Below, in pieces: positions 12,795 through 25,248 of a DNA stretch of 64,000 nt. Each line of letters starts with the position of its first letter. Within the stretch, counting starts at the first letter, position 1. The DNA is taken from NCBI RefSeq assembly GCF_036321535.1, contig NC_087436.1, positions 52,764,001-52,828,000 on the forward strand, in the 5' to 3' direction. The notes under the pieces are model-generated. The model had not been told where the DNA came from. It worked only from the letters and a program-made list of their open reading frames with translations, and did no database searches. Source of the stretch: Camelus dromedarius (Eukaryota). Position numbers and translations under genes: made by a program.

Positions 12795-12926
12795 ATAGTC
12801 AATCCTATTGGTTAGATAGATATGTGATTGAAAGATAGATACCTAGATATGTGCGTACATACACACATAGACAGATAGAGGTAGATATCCCACTGTTCTG
12901 TTTCTCTAGAGACCCCTAACCAGTAT
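12425..12926 (+). mobile_element. MLT2-family ERVL LTR
   Basis: tgcccagatatttggtctaatgttactctggatgtttctgtaagggtg...gagattaacatttacatcagtggactgagtaaagcag, ending ttctgtttctctagagacccctaaccagta. Confidence 0.85.
12721..12800 (+). repeat. Compound microsatellite (GGTA)n(GATA)n(GGCA)n
   Basis: Read directly; lies inside the MLT2 LTR. Confidence 0.95.
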
Positions 12927-14779
12927 CCAAGAACTTCAATGAACTAGCTCTTAAGTAAAAGTTTGAAGAGGCCTTTTCCCCTATTTTTCAATATTTTTCA
13001 TCCACACCAATGAGAACACTTCTCTTCCTTTTAATATCTTAGTCATAAACTCTTGAAATAATATAATAAATGTAAAAATAAGATGCTTAATAAATACAAA
13101 TCTACTTTCATTCTAAGTGATTTGGAACTGATTAATGTAACATACAGCAGCAGAGCACTTATTTTTAGTGGGAAGTTGTCAAAAATGTCACTTTCACTGA
13201 AGAATTATGCAACACTTTGGTAGGATTGATGATGATAACGATGATGGGGAGGAGGAGGAGGGTGCCTAAAAATTTAAGTCTCTGTTTTTTCTTGGGGTAC
13301 TTCTTATTAGTATCTGAAGAAAGTGCTGATAAGCTAAAAACTGAGCAGTACAAATCAACTTAATTAACAATGACCCCATTATTAGTTTTATAACAAACGT
13401 TTCTTGCATGGAAAATTACTTATTTTGTACAATGTTGGTCAGTGAATTTAACTTGAACTCTCACTTCAGAGTGAGGATTAGTTAGGCGATTTAGCCTGAT
13501 AAATTTGTGTAATTGGCTGGGTATTTTTTATTGTTGATTATTTTAATATTTCATGGCACCGTTCCCAGCCTTAGGTTTTTCACCAGTGTAGAAATACAAT
13601 TTTCCACTGAAAGGAAGAAACACTACCTGATTTGTGGCTGTACTTTGTTTCATGTAGAGCCTTTAATCTGAATCAACAAGAATGTGTCAGAATATAAATC
13701 TGCATAATTAACTTTTGCTTTATTTTTAAGGAGAAAATTGCTATGAATGCATGAACATTTTGCTAAGTATCTCAGTCAGTTTCACAATATTCACAGGAGC
13801 TTAATGAGATTCTAACCCTTAATGTAGGGATAATGGTCAACAAAACTATGTTTATTAGTTACACCAATTATCCTTCCCCACCTTCATGTGAAAGAGTAAA
13901 CATTGCAGTGTTAGTTTTAAAATTTTTGAATTCAGTCACCAAACTTTTATTTAACAACAACCAAAAAAAGAAAACAAAACCCCACAAAGAAATAATTATA
14001 AGCTTAAAAATGTAATTTAGTTTCTATGGTTAACTATTCACTAAGTCTTGACGAAAAAAATCTAGAAAAAAATGTGGCATTCCTATTCAGTCCACTCAGT
14101 TTCATTTCTCCCCCACTAGATTTTTTTTTTAATAGCCAGGGAAGTTATTTCTTCATCACCTCTCAAATAGTGTGGCCTTACTTTGCAAAATGTGGGAATT
14201 GTACCACTGCGAGAAATCATCTTCCCAATTTTCTCAATCTTCCCCCACTTGTCAAGACTGATCTTAGCACAAAGTCACTTGCTCAGTTTCATTTTAAAAC
14301 TGAGACCTGAGAGCAAATCACACTTATCTAAGAGAGATGCCAAGCAGATAGAAGTCAAGAAAGCCATTTTAATGTCCATGTTTATTCAGGAAAAGCAACA
14401 CTGGAGGTAATCTGAGACAGAGCGTTTTCTGTTGTATCTAAATGTCCATAGAAAGTGCTGAAGAAGGGAGTAGTCATCCGACAATTGGCTGTTTCGCCTG
14501 CCCAATAACAAGCAGTTACTTTTAGTGTATTTACTTATTATTTACTTGTTTATTTTTACCAAAATGAACCCACAGCTAGGATTCAGACTTTCCTGGGCAC
14601 ATTTGAAAGACTAGTTCTTAAGGAAAGCAGTCAGAAATCTACATCTACATGTGACTAAATCACTCCTTAAAGGGAGCCGACTCACCATACAAGTAGAGTT
14701 GATCAACCTGGCCCAGTGACAAAGCCTCAGTGATGATAGGAGACATAAAAATTTAAGTATGGTCAAGAGTCAGCCACTT

Positions 14780-14895
14780 AGAATATAAGACCTATGAGAA
14801 AGAGTTTTTTGTTCCCCGTAGTGTTTTCAGCACACAGAACAATGCTGACACAATAGAAATTGCTCATTAAATATAAATATTGAATGAATGAATCA
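14780..14895 (+). mobile_element. L2 3' end
   Basis: ...tgacacaatagaaattgctcattaaatat...ttgaatgaatgaat tail. Confidence 0.65.
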
Positions 14896-15066
14896 GTCCA
14901 GCTCTTCATAGAATCATATTTGAATCAAGGTGTTTTAACCGTAGGAATCTGTAAGTGGAGGGATGGAAGAGGAAAGGATTGTGAGGGGGAAACATGGAAT
15001 TATTTCCATTTTAAAAAAAATCCATAAGATAATTAGGACAAAGGGCAGGAGAGCACTAGCGCCCTC

Positions 15067-15698
15067 TGTAGTAGATCCTGTGGTGCATCACCCAGATTCT
15101 CTCCTGCAGGGTAAAGGTGCTCACCACCCTTCAGCTGCCGAGGTTGTTTGCTGGTGACTCACAGACGAATCCTTCCTTGAGAATAGCCCTCAAAGGGACC
15201 TGTCTCACACAAGTTTACGTTCCCTGATGGAACATCCAATGACTGGTCAAGATCAGAGTACATCACAGATACAGAGAACAAACCAATGGTTACCAGTCGG
15301 GGGTGGAGGGGGGTAACACAAATTGTTGGGTGTAAGGTAGGCTCTAGGATGTATTGTACAACTCAGGGAATATAGCTAATATTTTGTAATAACTGTAAAT
15401 GGAAAGTAACCTCCAAAAACCATATAAAAAATAAAAATAAATTTTAAAAGAAAAGACCAGAGTACACAGCCTGGACCCTTGCCTCAATAGGGACATATCT
15501 GAATGGTTACCTCAATTTCCAATATCCTCAGAGGAATGATGGAGGCCTCTGTGGTAGCTGCATTGCAGTTCAACCTCTGCCCCTTCTCAGCCCTGCTTCC
15601 TTCACTCCATGCAAGTGTAGCTGGGAGAGTACCCCTCAACCAACCTTGGCAGGCCAGTCTTCATTTCAGAGATCTGAGAGGGAGCCCAACCTCAGATA
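15067..15698 (+). mobile_element. LTR16-family ERVL solo LTR, interrupted by L1
   Basis: Starts tgtagtagatcctgtggtgcatcacccagat; contains catccaatgactggtcaa and ggacccttgcctcaatagggaca; ends cccaacctcagata. Confidence 0.75.
15263..15452 (+). mobile_element. 5'-truncated artiodactyl-type L1 3' end
   Basis: ggatgtattgtacaactcagggaatatagctaatattttgtaataactgtaaatgg plus A tail. TSD aaga(t/c)cagagtaca at 15249-15262 and 15453-15466. Confidence 0.85.
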
Positions 15699-15914
15699 CC
15701 TTCAATAGGGTGAAAAAATAAAGAGGAAGGGGTATTGGCCCCACTTAACAGAACATAGAGAGGCTTTGGCTATGAATAATACAGTTATGGCAAGTCGTAA
15801 CTCTGATGCAGATCTGACAATTTGTTACAGCATTTGTGTCAACCTAGAGAGGAACTTATGCCATAAAGATAACTGTGATTCATTCAAACTTTTGCCCCCA
15901 AAATCCAAAGTTGA

Positions 15915-16575
15915 ATTTTTTCTAATTATAAAACTAATGCTTGTTCATTTTAGAAAATTTACACAATAGAGAAAAATATAAACAATAATGTAAAAATCAC
16001 CTACAATTCTACCACCAATATCTAATCATTATCGAACTGGCCTTCCAGATATTTCTCTACATATACACAGACTCATCACATACATACATATTCATCTTTT
16101 ACGGGAAAGAATACATATATATAGTCTATTCTTTTCCCACTTAACCATGTAAGAATGCAGTATTATTTTTACTGGCTGCTTAATATCCCATTTTATGGCT
16201 TACACAGAATTTAACTCAATCCACTACTGACACATTTAGATTTCCTTAATTTTTCGGTAGTCTAAATTACATTGAAATAAATATCCTATTCTCACTCATC
16301 AAATTAATCCTTTTGCATTCTTTCCTGGAAGAGAAATTGTACTTCAAAAAGAATGTGCATTCTTTGACATTTTGCTACCTATTGTCAAATTGCTTTCCAG
16401 GATATTTGCATTAATCTATGCTCCTACTCATAGTTTATGAAAGTGGCTCTTCCCCGCAACACCTGTCTCATTCTTTTTCTTCTTTTCTAATTTATTATGT
16501 AAAATGCAACCTCATTATTATTTCAATTGACATTTCTATTAAGCACAGAAGGCATGTTTATTGTATCAGCATATG
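15915..16575 (-). mobile_element. L1ME-type 3' fragment
   Basis: Antisense L1 motifs tttttactggctgcttaatatcccatt and tattgtcaaattgctttccag. Confidence 0.75.
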
Positions 16576-16608
16576 CCACAGTTGTAGGAAAGAAAATATG
16601 CTTTTGAT

Positions 16609-17312
16609 GGCAGAAATTAAGATTCAGAAAGATTAGGTCATGCTGGAACAGTAAGCTGAACAAATAAAATGAATTTTAATAGGAGTCAGAATAAGGTTTC
16701 AAGATAATACTTTTCAATTAACCACAGAAGAATAGGATGAAGGAGGTTGTCTTAACAAAGTCAGTATGAAAAAGACCTAGGCATTTAACTGAATGAGAGT
16801 TCAGATTGAGTTGATGATGAGATGCAGCCTCCAGAAACTTTAAAAAAATCTAGTTTCCATTAATTAGAAGCACAGTGTCCAAGACAAGGATGGTCCCTCA
16901 GTGTTTTGAAATGGCCACCCTGGATCTGAAATACTTTGTCCCAGCCAACATTTTCAAAGGCTGTTGACCACCTGTAATATTTCCAGAAGCCAGGAGAATA
17001 AAGTATCTATAAAAGAGGTCATATGATGAATAGTTGAAGAAATCAGTGATATTTAACCAAATAAATAAAATTAGAGATGACTTGGGACAGGTAGGAATGG
17101 AATGGAGGCACACGGATGGAACCTGGGATCTACACAGGGATGTAAATGTTTGAAGAGTTGTCATTCAGAGGAAGCATATGATTTATTCTATTTCACACCA
17201 GAAGGCAGAACTGAAGCAGTGAGTAGAGGTTCACATAAGCAGGTTTTATTTCAATATCTGGAGGAAATGCCTAATGATTAGAGCTGCTTAAATGTGGAAT
17301 AAAATTGACAGG
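16609..17312 (+). mobile_element. L3/CR1 LINE 3' fragment (end of the RT ORF)
   Basis: Colinear degraded peptides IKIQKD*VMLEQ*AE, NKMNFNR, EKDLGI, YDE*LKK, PEGRT and RAA*MWNK correspond to CR1 IQ.DLDRLE.WA, NKMKFN, EKDLGV, YEERLKE, EGRTR and RAV..WN.LP. Confidence 0.8.
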
Positions 17313-18513
17313 TCCATTTTTCTTTCCTTTAAACCACCACTGAGCCCTCTTTCAGTCCTCAATCATGCCAGTATCTTCTAAGTCTCTACTGTGTTCTCAG
17401 GCTGCACTGGGCCCCCTTGTGAGGAGAAGAGGAGAGAGGAGGAGGTTGTGGGGCAGGGAGCACAGTCAGCTCCTTTGCCTGTATCCTGTACTCTTGGCAC
17501 TTTTACTAGGAGTAACTATTTCTCAGGCCCTGGGAAGTGCAATTGGATTTCTGTTTAATACTCTGCCTTCCTACTTTTTTTTTTTTAAGTATCTTGTTTT
17601 TTAAACAGTTTCCTGAATTCTAAATAATTTCCAGCATTAACCAAACCTTTAAAAAACAGAGAATTCAGATAATTCCTTATGGTTCTACTTAACTTTATTG
17701 CTTCCTCCAACACTAAACTGTTATGAAATTTACATTTAAACACCCCTGATTTTCTCTCCAACACGGTAAGCAAAAGAGTTCTCTCAAGTTATGCTCACTT
17801 TGACTTTTCTTCCAGGAATGTGCTTCCCATCCTACGCCCAAGCCAGTTGCCATATATACAGATGTGGATTCTAACACTTTTCTGTGTATAAGGAAAAGAA
17901 ATAGCTTGGTTGTTCCTATGGCTCTTTATACATTTTGAAGTACATATGGAGCAAATCATGCTTTCTGGGCGAAATTACATACCAGTAGGGATCATACATC
18001 CGGTGAAAGAAGATGATGGAAATGGTCATCATCATCATCACTGGGCCTCTTTTTTTCCTTTCTTTAAGATGTTACTATTAAAACATTCTATCATTCAAAA
18101 CTAGCTTCTCAAAAGCAGTCTCCAAAACTGCTCAGGGGCCTTCAGTTATATTTTGGGTTTTCAGTACACTAATCATGGATCCCTTCCTTGGTTCCTTCAA
18201 GGCATCAGCCCACACCCCACATGGCCAAGCCAGCAGATGCCTAATACCCGTACACACGGAGAGAGTGCACTTGGGTTATAGCTACAGGGCAAATGAATAA
18301 GAGACTGGTCACACCATCCTTTTGATCTACATAAAGAGCCAAACCAAATAATCTGTTGACTGTTGTATATGTACAGAAGTACAGAATACCTTTCTGCAAA
18401 CAGATTCACAAGAGTATGAAATCTGAAAAATGACTCAGGACATGTCAGTCATTATATCCAACTGAAGTTAAGTTAATTGATGTTAAGGAGGAAAGAGAGA
18501 CAGAGAAAAGGGG

Positions 18514-18640
18514 CAGCCCTAATTTACAAACAGATGAGGTTCCAAATTCATTCAGAAATTGGAATGTTTTCCCATAGAAACAACCTTATATAATATACAT
18601 TGATTTCTAGGCAAATCCACAAAAGACATTTTTAGCCCAG
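18514..18640. mobile_element. Possible Tigger-like DNA transposon fragment
   Basis: cagccctaatttacaaacag...ttttcccatagaaacaa resembles an old Tigger terminus (recalled, uncertain). Confidence 0.35.
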
Positions 18641-18679
18641 TTTGAACGTGGATGTGTTGCTAGTGTATCATAAAGCTAA

Positions 18680-18900
18680 AAATAATCACTAACATGTTTT
18701 GAACATGTAATAGATGAGTTATTACCTCATTTAATCTTCACGACAATTCCACGAGTTAGGTATTGTTTATTATTAGCAGCAGCCACAGCAGTATCTCTAA
18801 TAGATGGGAAAACTTAAGCTTAAGCTGCTAATTGTTAGTAAAAGATCTCAAGAAAGGTCTTTCAACTGCAGAAACCCATCATTTTAACCATTATACAGTA
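18680..18900 (-). mobile_element. MIR SINE
   Basis: ctcatttaatcttcacgacaattccacgagttaggtattg...atagatgggaaaacttaagct. Confidence 0.7.
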
Positions 18901-20499
18901 CTCCCCCCAACCTATGCACTCTATGTCACGTTTCCAAGGCAGGATATCCTAAGTTCCAACTGGAGATACCAAGAATCCAGCACCTCTGTAGCCAGAAGGC
19001 AGAATGTGGATCCCAGCCTTGCCCAGCTAGCTGCCTATTTAATGAGAGAATGGATATTCCTCTGTTCTGAGTCAAGCAATTGTGGGGATAGGGAGAGAGA
19101 AAAGTGCAAAGAGGAGAGAAGCATCTCAGGTTGCCAGGAGGGACTCCCCAGAGAGGCTGCCGAGACGTAGGCCCAGCCACAGCCAGGAGTCCTCCCAGAT
19201 AGACCCGTTCCAAGGACACTTATAAACCCAGTAGGTGAAGGTGAGTCAAGAGCTGCCTGGTGTGAAGCACCCGTTAAGCCTGCCAAGTGGTTTCGGTCAG
19301 ACTGCCCCCTGACTTCACGAGCATTGCACGCCATGCTGTAGCTAGGGGTGGGTTTAGGAACCTTGGGTGTTGGGCCTAGCTCTGACACTAGCTAGAAGTG
19401 TGCTGTTGGTCACATCTCTTCCTTGAACCTCCATTTAAACAGAGGAAGTGTGAACAAGAAAATGATTTCTAAGACCTATTTCAAAAGCCTTTTATTCTCA
19501 TCGCCTTCTTAAATAGCACTGCTAAGATCCAGGAAACATAAACTACAAGCATAAGATGAACGAGGAAAACTAAGAGTGAGGGAGGAAATTTTGAAAGTTT
19601 CTTCTCCCAGTCATGCTGGCATCAACCCTGTAGTGATCTGGGGTCATTTTTAGGCTTGTTAAACTGTCACAGTTGTCTTTGCCTCCTCTACTACTATAAG
19701 GCTTCTATTCAGATCGGAGCATTCTTGTCTTTAGAAAGTCCTAAATTCCGATAGCTGTCGGTGAAATATTTAGAGCATAAGTTTAGAGGAAATAATGGTT
19801 AATATTTGAAATCAATTAGTATTCCTGTCTAACCAACAGTAATGGAGATTTCACCTGCTGCTAAAGCTCCTGCGGGTTATAAAAGCAGCTTGGTGTGAAT
19901 GCAAAGGGTTTGAGGGAGAATGATCTGTTCTTCAGAGCAATTCACACAGAGAAAGCACAACCAGGGGGCTCATGAATATGAATGAGCAAAGTCAGAGGGG
20001 TCTGAACAATCCAAATGAGACGCCTCTCTCCTTAAACTTTGCAAAATGGAAGGCAGCGGAAAAGGATTCTTCTGCTGCCTGATAAGTAGCCAATCCTTAA
20101 TTAAATAAGGAAGGCCGAGTAGAGAGCCATTGAAAAATGGAAAAATATAGAGCATAGAGAAAGACTGTGCCCCCTAATGTGATCAACTAAAGGTCCACAT
20201 GAATGAGAAAATGAGACAGACAATGACATTTGGCTTCATTTGTTAATGCTTTACCACAGGGATAGCCTCTGTATGGGAATATTTTCCAAATAAAACATGG
20301 GTAGGAATCAACAGACAATAAGTGGTTGAAATATCCCCTTTTCTCCCAATTCAATTAAAAGAGCATTCTCTTTTCCAACAGTATTTCCTCAGATCAAAAT
20401 CTATTTTATGAAACAAATAATAAGTTTTCTAAATAATAATTCTTAATGCTTAGATATGGGTGGTTCTTATGCACTCATTTATTCAGCTAGCCTTTACTG

Positions 20500-21070
20500 A
20501 GTACCCCCGATGAGCTAGGCATTGGGTAAATAAAGTTCCTATCAAGTGAACACATGCTATACACTCATTACATACATTGCATTATTTAATTTTGTGACAA
20601 CTTGCAAGTGAGGCATAATAGCTCCTCTTTATAGATGAGAAAAGTGAGGCTCAAAGAGGTTTAACTTCTCCGCCTGCTCGTGCTTATGTTTAATGGAGCC
20701 AGCTATTAAAAGAAAACTGAGGCATATTAAAAATTTTAAGAGTTTATTTGAGCACACACTGATGTTAACAGGGCAGCCCCAAGCTGGAAGGGGTTAGGAA
20801 TGCTGCACCGCCATGAGCTTATCAGGAAGAAAAGAAAGGAAAGTACGTGATTGGTTATACCTTAAAGCTTAGTTGGCTGTTTGTGATTGGTTGTCCTTAG
20901 GTTCCAGTTTCATAAACTTGGGGCATCTACAGGCTTAAATACTGAGTTGCTACCACAGCATCAGAGCCACCTCAGTCTAATGGCAAAGATGTTTAATTAG
21001 TTTAATACAGGCTTAAAACCCAAGTTTGATCCCGAAGTCCATGACCTTTCCCTGATATTAAAATGCTTCC
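20500..21070 (-). mobile_element. MIR SINE split by an LTR
   Basis: Core ttttatagatgagaaaagtgaggctcaaagaggt; the element resumes after the LTR with caggcttaaaacccaagtttg. Confidence 0.7.
20704..21007 (-). mobile_element. ERV1-class solo LTR
   Basis: Degenerate TG...CA termini, antisense poly(A) signal tttatt near the left end, repeated gattgg (CCAAT) boxes, and a 4-bp TSD cagc/cagg. Confidence 0.7.
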
Positions 21071-21169
21071 CAGAGACTGTGAAGAAAGCTGGTTCTTCAA
21101 TAGCACTACTGGTACTCAGATGCCACTCAAGGAGTTTATCATCCTGGAGGAGCTGGCAAGTATGTGATT

Positions 21170-21395
21170 ATAGCAGAGTGTGGCTTGATGGCTTTGAAAC
21201 CACAGGCATTGGTCTCTTTAGACCTGCTTCCTCATCTGTAAAGTGGAGATAATGATAAGCTTACTGCCATGTGGTAGATATAGATTAAATGAGATAATTG
21301 TGGTAGGTGTAGATTAAATGAGATAGCTGGAGTAGAATTCTTATTGCAGAGTTCAGTAGTGACAAGTATTTAGTAAACGTTAGCTATTATTCTAT
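21170..21395 (+). mobile_element. MIR SINE with an internal 29-bp tandem duplication
   Basis: Core ttcctcatctgtaaagtggagataat; duplicated unit at 21270-21298 and 21299-21327. Confidence 0.8.
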
Positions 21396-22049
21396 TCTTT
21401 GATAGGTGGAGACTGCCCCCTCCATAGGGTTTTATGTGGGAGTGCCCATCCCAGAACGTTACGTGTAATAGTTGGAAGAGGAAAGACATTATTTTTGTTT
21501 CTTTGTATAACCTCCCTCCTGAATTGCTATGTGTTCTTATGGCTTGTTACTCTGGGTCCAATTTTCATAGGCTATAAACTCAGAGAGAAAAATATAACTC
21601 TTTCTTTTAAATTGCCTTTAAATTTAATTTGGTCTATGGATGGAGTTATTTCTTTCTCAGTCCCCAATTTTCCCTGGTGGCCAAAAACTTAATTCACTCA
21701 CTTCTGGATAAAACTCAAACAAATTCATTGATGTCTTAGTCAAATCAAGGTTTTGGCAAACCTTAGTCCTTCAGGGTCATCCTTCCTCCTTCCCCTCTCT
21801 GTGGTCCAGGCAGCCTGAAATTTTGGTCTTTGATCCCTGAAAAGTCTTTTCCCTCAGAGTGATTGTCTCTGCCACACATTTGTGAAAGTCTACCTGATAA
21901 GTGCAAATGCTAAGCTTTGAATGTCTTTCCTCCTTTAGATTTCTGACCCTGTCCCCTGGCTGTGGAATGTGGGAAGCCCTCTCTGCTGCCCAAATAGGGG
22001 AAAGAAGGAGAACCAGAAGCCTTGAGCAAAACCAACACCTCAGTGACTG

Positions 22050-22620
22050 TGTCAAAATACTACCCCACTACTCAAGAACAGAAACCTACTCTAACTTAAG
22101 TAAAATGGGAAAAAAAGAGGCTTACTTTTAGGACAAAGGGATTTCGCAGACTTCAATATCAAGAAGCCAAAGAAAGCTGAGCTTCTTGAAATATGAACAG
22201 CAAAAAACTCAAGGTCCAAACTCACTCTCTCTGTCCTTTGTTTTCTCTCTTCAAGACTTGTGGTTTCTCTCTTCTGCCTCTTTCTGTGAGTCTGCACCAT
22301 TCTGTCTCTGCTTCCTTTGTTTACCCACCTTGCATGTAGCCTCAAAAGAATCGCCCTAACCCCTACTCAGTGTGACTTTTCAGCTCAAATCCTGTAGCTG
22401 GTTTCCATTGTCACCAAGTTTCTTAGCGCAAGTCTCACCAGAGACTCTGCCTGGCCAGGTTTCTCTGTTACAGACCTCCCAGGATGCTGACCAGTTCGTG
22501 CCTTAATGGCCTTTGGGTCATTTACCCATTTCTAGTCCAATAAACTATTGCAATGGCAGGCACCTGAAACACGTCTCTAATATTTTCTGATTGTAGAAGA
22601 AAAGGTCTTAAAGATATTGC
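22050..22620 (-). mobile_element. Old MLT1-type LTR
   Basis: acagaaacctactctaacttaagtaaaatggg...ttgggtcatttacccatttctagtccaataaactatt. Confidence 0.5.
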
Positions 22621-24057
22621 ATGCCAAAAGTAAAAGGAAAGATGGATGAGTCTTATTCAAAAAAAAAAAAAAAAGCTACTCTCACCCAACACTGTGGAGA
22701 AAACTATCTTTGCCCCAGCAGGAGTTCTGGAAGTTTCCTAGGTCATGAATCTATACACATTATTCCTATCTGCCAGTGTTTTCTAGTGATGGACTATCTG
22801 AGGGGAAGGTGATATGTATGGAAATGTGGTTACTATTTTATTATAGATTCCTTCTTAGAGATTAGAGATAAGGATATTAATATATTTTTCATCTGAGTAA
22901 CATTTTCTGCACAAAGGTAATAAAATAGCTGGGTGGCCTGGAAGAGCTGTGACTGCCAAGATGTCACTGAAGGATGAGAGGAAAGACATCAAAAGGAGTT
23001 GGGGAGGCCAAGCGGCTCTCAGGTGACTAAAATCTTATTTCATATTGGCTCAGCCTGAGAGAAAGGGCTCTCAAAAGCTTTTCATAGTTGTATTTTGAAC
23101 ATCTGGAAAAGTATAGTCGACAGACTTTTCTGTTATTAGGGAAGTAACTTGAAAGCAAGAGTAACTCATTGACGTGAAGTGAAAAGGAAATAAAGAATCT
23201 AGAAAAAAATTACCTTAGAATTTTTGTAACTCCTTATTCACTGGGTATTGTTTGTGATAAAATTCCTTTTGCTGTTTTAAATGTAAAATTGATGGAAGTT
23301 GTACTAAATAAAGATCATGCCAGAACTTTCTCTAAAAATGCAACCTATAACAAATAAAATAGCAATAGTTTATTTTAACAAGAAGGATTTAGGGAAGGTA
23401 GAAGAGAGACTAAATGCAATTAAAGTCTAGTGAATTTTATCTTCATTATTTTTAAAGCACTTTTATTAGCAGCAAACCACAGTAAGCAAATGGATAGAAT
23501 CTTAAAACAGGATTCTTAAAATGCTGAGTAAGCCTTTTCTTATAAGGGGATATGTGACAATCTTTCAGGGTTCCTACACTTAGAACCTCGATGGCCAACT
23601 GTATCAGGTGAGAAATGAGGAAAGAAGCATGTGGAACAGGCAGGCATTGGCTATAAGCAGTTGAATCATCTTCAAGCTAATAAAGCTAAGTAGTTCACTA
23701 AAGTAAGTTCCTATTTGAGATATTTCTTCACTGATAATTGAAATACCTAAAAGGAATAGCCAAAATCAGAAGAAAAAAAACCGTGGGCATGGAAAGAAAT
23801 ATGAAAAAGTTAAAAATCAGATCCTGCCTTAAAGAGCAAAAAGAGTACATGCCAAGATCTGACACCAAAGTTGGTCGAGTTTATGTTTTGGGGAAGATAG
23901 CTGTTTGACAATATCGCCTATGTTTTAGACACCAATCCTGTCTGTTTTAGTTACTGAATGTTTCATCTGTAAAAATAACTGTAGAACTATATTGGCAATA
24001 TGGCCACGACCTGCCATCTCTATGTAATTTCTATGTGTCGATAACATACACTGGTAT

Positions 24058-24206
24058 TATTTCTTTTTTCTTTTTCTTTTTTTATATTTTTGGAGGGGGG
24101 AAATACTTTAATTTATTTGTTTATTTTTAGAGGAGGTACTGGGGATTGAACCTGGGACCTCATGCATGCTAAGCATGTGCTCTACAACTTGAGCTGTACC
24201 CTCCTC
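24058..24206 (-). mobile_element. tRNA-derived camelid SINE (vic-1-like)
   Basis: Reverse complement reads gaggagggtacagctcaagttgtagagcacatgcttagcatgcatgaggtcccaggttcaatccccagtacc followed by a C-run and A tail. Confidence 0.9.
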
Positions 24207-24290
24207 ACTCCACTCATTCTTTAGGAGGATGTTGGGTTAAGGGTAAAGAACCCAGTTCTTCCAAATCTTTGCAAATTCTGCATGGATAAC

Positions 24291-25248
24291 CTTTTATTGA
24301 GGTACAGTTCACATAGCATTTTACTAGTGTCAGGTGCACAGCATAGTAATTCGATATTTGTATATATTGCCAAATGATCACCACAATAAATCCAGTTAAC
24401 ATTCAGCACCATGAATATTTACAAATTTTTTTCTCATAATGAGAACTTACAAGATGCACTCACCCAGCTACTTCCAAATATACAAAACAGTATTATTAAC
24501 TATAGTCACCATGCTGTACATTACATTTTATGACTTATTCATTTTATAACTGGAAGTTTGTACCTTTTGATCCTCTTCACCCATTTCATGCAACTTTCCC
24601 CGCCCCTGGTCTCAGATCACCATCAATCTATTCTCTATTTATGAGCTTAATTATTTTTGTTTGGTTTTTTTTTTTTTTTTTTTTTTTGGTTGTGGGGTTT
24701 TTTTTTAGATGCCACATATAAGTAAGATCATATGGTATGGTATTTGTCTTTTTTGTCTGACTTGTTTCACTTGGCATAATGTCCTTAAGGTCCATCCATG
24801 TTGTCACAAATAGGACCTTTTATGACCGAATAATACTCTATTGCATGAATTAACCACAATTTCTTTATCCATTCATCTATCAATGAATATTTATGTTATC
24901 TCCATGTCTTGGCTATTGCAAATATTGCTGTAATGAACATGGGGTGCATATACTAACTTTTCAAATTAGTTGGGCTTTTTTTCAGATAAAATACCCAGTG
25001 GAATTGCTAGATCATATGGTAGTTCTGTTTTAAATTTTTTGAGAAACCTCCATACTGTTTTCCATAGTGGCTGCACCAATTTGCATTCCCACCAACACAA
25101 GGTTTACATTCAACAACACAAGAGTTCCCCTTTCTCCACATCCTTGTCAACATTTACTATTTCTTGTCTTTTTGACAATAAGCCTTTCCTAACAGGTGTG
25201 AGATATCTCATTGTGATTTTGATTTGTATTTTCCTGATGATTAGTGAA
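24291..25248 (-). mobile_element. L1 3' portion (ORF2 C-terminus plus 3' UTR, L1MA-like)
   Basis: ORF 25110-25304 reads QIKITMRYLTPVR...VDKDVEKGELLC (L1 ORF2 C-terminus); canonical antisense 3' UTR. Confidence 0.9.
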
